Below, one piece after another: positions 18,390 through 24,000 of a stretch of 24,000 bases of DNA. The stretch is from Rodentibacter ratti (GTDB lineage: Bacteria > Pseudomonadota > Gammaproteobacteria > Enterobacterales > Pasteurellaceae). Below the pieces are notes generated by a model. That model was not told the DNA's origin. It saw only the letters and a program-made list of their open reading frames with translations, and searched no databases. Location: positions 51,806 to 75,805 of the forward strand of contig NZ_MLAJ01000005.1 in the NCBI RefSeq assembly GCF_002000485.1, in the 5' to 3' direction. Each line of letters starts with the position of its first letter. The first letter of the stretch is position 1. The translations under genes and the position numbers were made by a program.

Positions 18390-18803
18390 ATGTGTTCAGT
18401 TACGATTTATCATAATCCAAAGTGCGGTACGTCTCGCAATACTTTAGCTCTTATTCGTCATTTGGGCATTGAGCCTACGATTATTCATTATTTAGAACAG
18501 CCTCCGAGTGAAACGGTTTTGCGTGAATTATTGGAAAAAATGCCATTGACACCACGTCAGTTGCTCAGAACCAATGTACCGCCTTACCTTGAGAAAGGGT
18601 TAGATAATTTAACATTGAGTGATGATGTGTTAATTGCCGCTATGTTAGCTGAGCCAATTTTAATCAATCGTCCGATTGTCGTCACCGAAAAAGGCGTGCG
18701 TTTATGTCGTCCATCGGAAGTCTTTTTGCAAATCTCACCCCGTCCTTTGCAAACGGATTTTATTAAAGAAGATGGGAACGTAATTGCTGCGGAGACAAAA
18801 TAA
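18390..18803 (+). CDS. arsC: Arsenate reductase, glutaredoxin-coupled (R773 ArsC) type
   Basis: The 137-aa product has [14 protein letters not shown] with the catalytic Cys, plus the family motif LINRPIV. A USS (18419-18427) encodes the K-C-G of the active site. Confidence 0.92.
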   Translation: MCSVTIYHNPKCGTSRNTLALIRHLGIEPTIIHYLEQPPSETVLRELLEKMPLTPRQLLRTNVPPYLEKGLDNLTLSDDVLIAAMLAEPILINRPIVVTEKGVRLCRPSEVFLQISPRPLQTDFIKEDGNVIAAETK

Positions 18804-19804
18804 TGGGATTTTTTGAACGCTTTTTAACAGTGTGGGTTGCATTAGCAATTATGGTTGGCGTTGGCTTAGGTGTATGGCAACCTGAATTATTCGCTGGGAT
18901 TGCCAAATTAGAAATCGCACACATCAATTTACCTGTGGCAGTGCTGATTTGGCTGATGATTTATCCGATGATGATCCAAATTGACTGGTCAGCAATTAAA
19001 GATGTTGGCAAAAAACCGAAAGGTTTAGCTTTAACCTTATTTATTAATTGGCTGGTCAAGCCTTTTACTATGGCGTTGGTCGGTTGGCTCTTTTTCCGTA
19101 TTTTCTTTGCGGAGTGGGTCGATGCGCAATCGGCGACAGAATATATCGCAGGAATGATTTTACTTGGTGTTGCGCCTTGTACAGCAATGGTGTTTGTTTG
19201 GTCACAATTAGTGCGTGGCGATGCTAATTACACTTTGGTACAAGTATCAATCAACGACATCATTATGATTTTTGCGTTTGCACCGATTGCGGGTTTCTTG
19301 TTAGGGATTAGCGATATTCAAATCCCGTGGCAAACTTTGCTTTATAGCACCATTTTATATGTATTGTTGCCACTTCTTGCAGGCTGGATCACTCGAAATG
19401 TATTGGGGCAATCCGCTGAAAAAATCCAACGATTAAGCCAAAGGTTAAAGCCTTTTTCCATTTTAGGGTTATTGCTCACAGTTGTGCTGTTATTCGCTTT
19501 CCAAGCACAAACTATTTTGGCACAGCCGTTAGTGATTTTACTCATCGCCATTCCTCTTTTGGTTCAAACCTACGGCATTTTCTTCTTGGCGCATTTTTTA
19601 GCAAAATGGTTAAAACTGCCGCATCAAGTTGCCGCCCCAGCTTGTTTAATCGGTACCAGCAACTTTTTTGAATTAGCCGTTGCCGTGGCTATTTCGCTAT
19701 TCGGTTTACATTCAGGTGCGGCATTAGCTACTGTTGTCGGTGTATTGGTTGAAGTGCCTGTGATGCTCTCGCTTGTTGCGTTGTTAAACCGTTGGAATAG
19801 ATGA
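18803..19804 (+). CDS. acr3: Arsenite efflux permease, ACR3 family
   Basis: The 333-aa polytopic membrane protein has [14 protein letters not shown] and the conserved GVAPCTAMV cysteine motif. It is translationally coupled to arsC through a TAATG overlap. Confidence 0.9.
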   Translation: MGFFERFLTVWVALAIMVGVGLGVWQPELFAGIAKLEIAHINLPVAVLIWLMIYPMMIQIDWSAIKDVGKKPKGLALTLFINWLVKPFTMALVGWLFFRIFFAEWVDAQSATEYIAGMILLGVAPCTAMVFVWSQLVRGDANYTLVQVSINDIIMIFAFAPIAGFLLGISDIQIPWQTLLYSTILYVLLPLLAGWITRNVLGQSAEKIQRLSQRLKPFSILGLLLTVVLLFAFQAQTILAQPLVILLIAIPLLVQTYGIFFLAHFLAKWLKLPHQVAAPACLIGTSNFFELAVAVAISLFGLHSGAALATVVGVLVEVPVMLSLVALLNRWNR

Positions 19805-19849
19805 AAGAGCGGTCAGATTTTCATAAGATTTTGCAATCCGCAAACATTT
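19805..19849 (+). repeat. Direct repeat DR-b, right copy (degenerate USS aagAgcggt)
   Basis: aagagcggtcagattttcataagattttgcaatccgcaaacattt begins immediately after the acr3 stop. It is the partner of 17871-17915. Confidence 0.5.
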
Positions 19850-19856
19850 CTCAAAT

Positions 19857-19885
19857 AACCTAGCACGGTAACGCCGTACTAGGTT
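19857..19885. terminator. Hairpin between convergent acr3 and the azoreductase remnant (possible terminator)
   Basis: aacctagcacgg (19857-19868) pairs with ccgtactaggtt (19874-19885), 11/12 paired around a 5-nt loop. The U-tracts are weak on both strands. Confidence 0.4.
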
Positions 19886-19919
19886 GAGCATAATTCAGCT
19901 TATAGCCATTTTCAGCGTT

Positions 19920-20402
19920 TTACTGGCAGAAATCTGGTAATAACGCATCAATTTGGGCAAATCCTTCGGCTAAAACCTCATTCTCTGAGCGGATAGCGGT
20001 GCCTTGCGCTCGGGCAATATAAAAGCGATCAAATCCCATAATATTGGTAAACATTTCTTTTAAATACATTTGACTAAATTCAAGGGGTGTATAACGGTCA
20101 TTATTGGTATAAATTGACCCGCTGGATTGCAAGAGAAATACCTTACGTCCATCAGTCATCAACCCTTTAGAACCTGATGAAGTATAATGAAATGTTTCAC
20201 GAGCAATTAAAATGTTATCCATATAATCCTTTAATTTAGATGGAATATTGAAGTTATGTAATGGCATTGCAATCACAATCCGCTTATAAGATTTAAACTG
20301 AGCCAAGATAGCTTGCATTTTGTGCTTTCTTTCTTGCTGCTCAGTGGTTAGCGTCTCGCCTGCCATTTGCTGTGAAAATAACGTTAATGTTTTACCGAGC
20401 AT
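19920..20402 (-). pseudogene. FMN-dependent NADH-azoreductase (AzoR/AcpD family) remnant, 5'-truncated
   Basis: The 160-aa ORF aligns with AzoR-family proteins only from about residue 45-50 onward (IAMPLHNFNIPSKLKDYMDNI..., GKGLMTDGRKVFLLQSSG). The N-terminal strand and phosphate-binding loop (about 40-50 aa) are absent. An in-frame TAG lies 3 codons upstream of the ATG, there is no RBS, and no homologous N-terminus appears in any frame upstream. Confidence 0.6.
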
Positions 20403-20473
20403 TATTATCTAGGTTAGGTGTCGGCTATACCCCAAAAGCTTTGTTGAACCCTATTTGGCATTGGGCGGGTTGT

Positions 20474-20517
20474 TTGTGCAACTGCTACATAATATTGGGT
20501 TATCATCAAAGTGCGGT
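20474..20517 (+). repeat. Direct repeat DR-a, right copy
   Basis: ttgtgcaactgctacataatattgggttatcatcaaagtgcggt matches 17836-17879 at 37/44 positions. The preceding gtttgtgcaactgcta (20472-20487) also matches the reverse complement of 17701-17716 at 14/16. Confidence 0.8.
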
Positions 20518-20534
20518 TAAAATTGACCGCACTT
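20509..20534 (-). terminator. USS-dyad hairpin terminator downstream of the UmuD-like gene
   Basis: AAGTGCGGT (20509-20517) and ACCGCACTT (20526-20534) form a 9-10 bp stem around an 8-nt loop, with a T/A run on each side. It lies 50 nt past the stop at 20585. Inverted USS pairs are known terminators in Haemophilus. Confidence 0.6.
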
Positions 20535-20584
20535 TTTATGGAGGTTGGTTAGGCGGTTGAGAGTAAATATTGCTCCAACCTTGC

Positions 20585-21031
20585 TTATGCCGAGAATTTT
20601 GTCGTATTACGCTTTGGCTGAATTTGGTGGATCGTATTTGTTACGGTTCCAATAATCGGTAAGGATGTCCAATCTTTCGTTTTAATATTTTGCATTTGAG
20701 AATCTAACGCCATAAAGATAAATTCATCGTGATGAGTGATAAATTCATAGAGATGAAATTCATTTTCGCTTTCTAATACAACAAGATCACCAATAGACAA
20801 ACGATCATTTTTTTCAACAATTAACATATCGCCTTGTTCAATTCCCCAAGCAAGCATATTGGGATTTGTCACACGAATAAAACAGGTTTGTTGTGGACGT
20901 TTAATGCAGTAAAGATTTAAATCAAGTTTTTTACTGAATTTTGATTTTTTTTCAATATCGTTAAAAAATGGCATTGGATGATAAGAAAACGTCATCTCAT
21001 TTTGGGCAACGGTGCTTGCGTAGTGCATCAT
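20585..21031 (-). CDS. Orphan UmuD/ImpA-like S24-peptidase-fold protein. It is predicted to be catalytically inactive and non-cleavable.
   Basis: In the 148-aa product, KLDLNLYCIKRPQQTCFIRVTNPNMLAWGIEQGDMLIVEKNDRLSIGDLVVLESENEFHLYEF aligns with E. coli UmuD [63 protein letters not shown]. Ser60 aligns with Asn, and Lys97 aligns with Tyr. There is no Cys/Ala-Gly cleavage site in the N-terminal arm. I checked the codons directly (aca aat ccc aat atg; cat ctc tat gaa). No umuC/impB is adjacent. Confidence 0.7.
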   Translation of the reverse strand: MMHYASTVAQNEMTFSYHPMPFFNDIEKKSKFSKKLDLNLYCIKRPQQTCFIRVTNPNMLAWGIEQGDMLIVEKNDRLSIGDLVVLESENEFHLYEFITHHDEFIFMALDSQMQNIKTKDWTSLPIIGTVTNTIHQIQPKRNTTKFSA

Positions 21032-21053
21032 CTTATTTTCCTTAGTTAATAAT

Positions 21054-21104
21054 ATGGTTGTTTATACAGTTGTTAATATACTGGTGTTTCATACAGGTTG
21101 TCAA
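21054..21104 (-). promoter_or_regulatory. SOS-type promoter with LexA box(es) for the UmuD-like gene
   Basis: The minus strand reads TTGACA (21104-21099), an 18-nt spacer, then TATATT (21080-21075). The spacer contains acCTGtatgaaacacCAGta, a CTG-N10-CAG LexA core at 21081-21096. A second, degenerate box (CTG-N10-CAT, 21054-21069) covers the expected +1 region. The two boxes sit in about 27-bp tandem repeats. The RBS taaggaaaa precedes the ATG. Confidence 0.6.
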
Positions 21105-21274
21105 TACTGAATAGAAAAATTTTAGAAAAATATCAAGAATAAGTAGAAATGATGAAAGCATCACAAAAAACGTAAGAAAAGATTTTCTTTTAAATAGAAT
21201 TTAGGCTATCTTTAGTTCGCCCAGGTGGATCAGTCATGATCTGAAGTTTAACCATACTTTTATTTAAATTTATT

Positions 21275-22519
21275 ATGAATACATCACGTTTATTTCATTT
21301 TCTTTTCCAAGGTAATTTAGTAAAACGAATTGCTCTTGGTCTTGTTCTCGGGATCCTTGTCGCACTGCTTAATTCAAGTATTGAACAAACATTGGGTTTT
21401 GATCTTGCAGCAAGCGTTGGCATATTAGGTCAAATTTTTGTTAAAGGTCTTAGAGCGGTTGCACCAATCTTAATTTTCTTCTTGGTGATGGCGGCATTAG
21501 CCAACAAAAAAGTTGGCTCAAAAAGCAATATGAAAGAAATTATTGTGCTTTACCTTTTAGGAACGTTTTTAGCCGCATTAGCCGCCGTAATTGCAAGTAT
21601 GCTTTTCCCTTCTGAAGTGGCATTATCGGTGAAAGAAGATGTGGCTTCAGCACCTCAATCGGTTGCCCAAGTATTATTAACTTTAGTGCTGAATGTGGTG
21701 GATAACCCGTTAAATGCCATTTTTAAAGCTAACTTTATTGGTGTACTGGCGTGGTCAATCGGTCTGGGGCTCGCACTTCGTTATGCTTCTGAAACGACAA
21801 AGCAAGTGGTGGCGGATTTTGCAGAAGGTATTTCTAAAATCGTACACGTTATTATTTCATTTGCGCCTTTTGGGGTATTTGGCTTAGTGGCGGAGACCTT
21901 ATCTGATAAAGGTTTAGCGGCTTTAGGCGGTTACATTCATTTATTAGTGGTGTTAATCGGCACAATGCTCTTTACTGCATTTGTGCTTAATCCTATTTTG
22001 GTTTATTGGAAAATTCGCCAAAATCCGTATCCGTTGGTTTGGACTTGTGTACGCGAAAGTGGCGTTACCGCATTTTTCACCCGTAGTTCTGCGGCGAATA
22101 TTCCGGTGAATATTGGCTTGGCAAAACGTTTAAATCTTGATGAAGAAACCTACTCAGTGGCAATTCCATTGGGGGCGAATATCAATATGGCGGGGGCAGC
22201 CATTACTATTACGGTATTAACTTTAGCGGCAGTTCATACACTAGGCATAGAAGTCTCCTTTTTTAGCGCATTGCTATTAAGTGTGGTTGCAGCACTTTGT
22301 GCTTGCGGGGCATCGGGTGTTGCCGGTGGCTCATTATTACTTATTCCGTTAGCATGTAGCTTATTTGGTATTTCTGATGATGTGGCGGCACAAATGATAG
22401 GTGTGGGTTTCGTCATCGGTATCTTGCAAGACTCCACAGAAACCGCATTAAATTCTTCAACAGATGTGCTGTTTACTGCGGCGGTATGCATGGAAGAAGA
22501 ACGAAAAAATCAAGCATAA
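21275..22519 (+). CDS. sstT: Sodium-coupled serine/threonine transporter SstT (DAACS family)
   Basis: The 414-aa product is colinear with E. coli SstT ([85 protein letters not shown]). Confidence 0.93.
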   Translation: MNTSRLFHFLFQGNLVKRIALGLVLGILVALLNSSIEQTLGFDLAASVGILGQIFVKGLRAVAPILIFFLVMAALANKKVGSKSNMKEIIVLYLLGTFLAALAAVIASMLFPSEVALSVKEDVASAPQSVAQVLLTLVLNVVDNPLNAIFKANFIGVLAWSIGLGLALRYASETTKQVVADFAEGISKIVHVIISFAPFGVFGLVAETLSDKGLAALGGYIHLLVVLIGTMLFTAFVLNPILVYWKIRQNPYPLVWTCVRESGVTAFFTRSSAANIPVNIGLAKRLNLDEETYSVAIPLGANINMAGAAITITVLTLAAVHTLGIEVSFFSALLLSVVAALCACGASGVAGGSLLLIPLACSLFGISDDVAAQMIGVGFVIGILQDSTETALNSSTDVLFTAAVCMEEERKNQA

Positions 22520-22533
22520 TTCAATGCTTTTAT

Positions 22534-22563
22534 AAGGCGGGCGAAAGTCCGCCTTTATTTTTT
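22534..22563 (+). terminator. Rho-independent terminator of sstT
   Basis: aaggcgggc pairs with gtccgcctt around a GAAA tetraloop (22534-22555), followed by tattttttt. Confidence 0.8.
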
Positions 22564-22643
22564 CCGGCTGAGATTTCGCTATACAAAGTGCGGTCTAATT
22601 TGTTAGACTTTTTTCGTTTCAAAACAAAATAGAGGGAATCAAA

Positions 22644-23558
22644 ATGGATGGATTAACCTTAGCGACATTAGTCTTTCTTGTACTCATTGTTGTTATTTTA
22701 TTTTCAACGATTAAAACCGTTCCACAGGGATATAACTGGACGATTGAGCGTTTTGGGCGATATACACGCACATTAATGCCGGGGTTGAATATCGTTGTGC
22801 CTTTTGTGGATCGTGTCGGGCGCAAAATTAATATGATGGAACAAGTGTTGGATATTCCTTCACAAGAAGTCATTTCTAAAGATAATGCCAATGTTGCCAT
22901 TGACGCGGTGTGTTTCGTTCAAGTGATTGATGCACGCAGCGCGGCTTATGAAGTGAATCACCTTGAACAAGCAATTATTAATTTAACCATGACGAATATT
23001 CGTACCGTTCTCGGTTCTATGGAATTGGACGAAATGTTATCGCAACGTGATTCCATTAACAGCCGTTTGCTTGCTATTGTCGATGAAGCGACTAACCCAT
23101 GGGGGATCAAAGTCACCCGTATTGAAATTCGTGATGTGCGTCCACCCCGTGAGTTGATCGATTCGATGAATGCGCAAATGAAAGCGGAGCGTAACAAACG
23201 GGCGGAAGTGTTGGAAGCCGAGGGGATTCGACAAGCGGAAATTTTACGGGCAGAAGGGGAAAAACAAGCCCGTATTTTGAAAGCGGAAGGGGAGCGTCAA
23301 GAAGCCTTCTTGCAAGCGGAAGCCCGCGAACGTGCCGCAGAAGCGGAGGCAAAAGCCACACAAATGGTTTCTGAAGCTATCGCCAGTGGCGATACCAAAG
23401 CGATCAATTACTTCATTGCGCAAAAATACACGGAAGCCTTAAAAGAAATTGGCGGTGCGCAAAATAGCAAGGTGGTATTAATGCCATTAGAAGCAGGGAA
23501 TTTAATCGGTTCTGTGGCGGGCATTGCGGAATTATTAAAAGGCGATAAAAAAGCTTAA
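22644..23558 (+). CDS. qmcA: SPFH/band-7 (stomatin-like) membrane protein QmcA
   Basis: The 304-aa product is very similar to E. coli QmcA/YbbK ([73 protein letters not shown]). Confidence 0.93.
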   Translation: MDGLTLATLVFLVLIVVILFSTIKTVPQGYNWTIERFGRYTRTLMPGLNIVVPFVDRVGRKINMMEQVLDIPSQEVISKDNANVAIDAVCFVQVIDARSAAYEVNHLEQAIINLTMTNIRTVLGSMELDEMLSQRDSINSRLLAIVDEATNPWGIKVTRIEIRDVRPPRELIDSMNAQMKAERNKRAEVLEAEGIRQAEILRAEGEKQARILKAEGERQEAFLQAEARERAAEAEAKATQMVSEAIASGDTKAINYFIAQKYTEALKEIGGAQNSKVVLMPLEAGNLIGSVAGIAELLKGDKKA

Positions 23559-23641
23559 GATTTCACTTTTCAAAGTGCGGTTGAAATTATTCATAAATTA
23601 CTAACGTAATTTATTCGCTCCTTCAGAGCCGTTGGCAGAGC

Positions 23642-23666
23642 CAGCGTTCAAAAAACGTTGTTTTTT
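23642..23666 (+). terminator. Hairpin plus T6 between qmcA and ybbJ (candidate intra-operon terminator or attenuator)
   Basis: cagcgtt (23642-23648) pairs with aacgttg (23654-23660), a 7-bp stem with one G-U pair and a 5-nt loop, followed by tttttt (23661-23666). Confidence 0.45.
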
Positions 23667-23698
23667 GTGACCGCACTTTTTTCATCAGAGGAAGCAAT

Positions 23699-24000
23699 AT
23701 GGCAGAATGGTTGACCACATGGACATTATGGCATTGGTTGGTTTTAGGTTTTGTATTATTGATTGCTGAAGTGGTCGCTCCCGGTGTGTTTTTGCTTTGG
23801 TGGGGCTTGGCTGCTTTAGCCACCGCTCTTGTGCAATTTCTTTTTCCTGCTTTTTCGTTAGTCGGATTAGCGATTTTTTATGCTGTTTTAGCCTGTATTT
23901 TATCGGTCGCTTGGTGGAAGTATCAGCATAATAAAGATAGTCAGGATCAGGCTAAAACGTCGCTAAACCAGCGTGATCATGCAATGCTTGGCAAACAAGG
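23699..24000 (+). CDS. ybbJ: NfeD-family membrane protein YbbJ (partner of QmcA). The 3' end runs off the window.
   Basis: This ORF is not in the track because it is open-ended. My translation from ATG 23699 (RBS agaggaag) gives MAEWLTTWTLWHWLVLGFVLLIAEVVAPGVFLLWWGLAALATALV...WWKYQHNKDSQDQAKTSLNQRDHAMLGKQG. It resembles the E. coli YbbJ N-terminal TM region and the HLNQRGQQLIG segment. The qmcA-ybbJ pairing is conserved. Confidence 0.75.
   Translation, partial: MAEWLTTWTLWHWLVLGFVLLIAEVVAPGVFLLWWGLAALATALVQFLFPAFSLVGLAIFYAVLACILSVAWWKYQHNKDSQDQAKTSLNQRDHAMLGKQ

Noticed and set aside
20372-20560. A 62-aa plus-strand ORF spans the azoR remnant boundary, DR-a2 and the USS hairpin.
   Set aside because: It has no RBS, it is made of repeat and terminator sequence, and it has no family resemblance.
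17682-21274. I searched the accessory segment for mobile-element or defence hallmarks: integrase, transposase, IS inverted repeats, a tRNA attachment site, toxin-antitoxin pairs, restriction-modification genes and CRISPR.
   Set aside because: None was found in any frame. The only ORFs with family signatures are arsR, arsC, acr3, the azoR remnant and the UmuD-like gene, so I make no mobile-element or defence-system call.
21105-21274. The 170-bp AT-rich leader upstream of sstT contains GATCA-gtca-TGATC (two GATC sites) and small hairpins. It was considered as a riboswitch or sRNA.
   Set aside because: There is no extended conserved-looking structure or recognisable riboswitch core. The region is most simply the divergent promoter region for sstT and the UmuD-like gene.

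Overview
This window looks like Pasteurellaceae chromosome. I found 22 perfect Hin-type uptake signal sequences by eye (AAGTGCGGT or its complement ACCGCACTT), about 0.9 per kb, and the sequence is AT-rich. About 75% of the window is conserved housekeeping DNA whose gene order matches E. coli and, from my memory, the H. influenzae HI0190-HI0199 region: mnmC'<>fabB, prlC, ybaN-like plus an orphan family-5 SBP lipoprotein, fur-fldA, ybfF<>seqA, menE, mscK, aroC-mepA-yfcA-lpxM, then sstT, qmcA and ybbJ'. All of these ORFs look intact. The only accessory-looking stretch is about 17.7-21.1 kb. It has three parts. (1) A roughly 160-bp nested palindromic, IDS/MITE-like element sits just after lpxM. 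(2) A 2.6-kb arsR-arsC-acr3 islet plus a 5'-truncated azoreductase remnant is bracketed by a 44-bp direct repeat (37/44 identical, each copy ending in a USS). A second, weaker repeat pair tightly flanks the ars genes. (3) An orphan UmuD/ImpA-like S24-fold gene has no umuC partner. Both catalytic residues appear substituted (Ser to Asn, Lys to Tyr), and the gene is driven by a near-consensus promoter with a LexA box in its spacer. I found no rRNA, tRNA, CRISPR array, transposase, integrase or recognisable multi-gene defence system. The most novel candidates are therefore modest: the dead-UmuD SOS gene and the repeat-bracketed ars islet. Function calls rest on my recalled alignment to well-known E. 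coli proteins. No database search was run.
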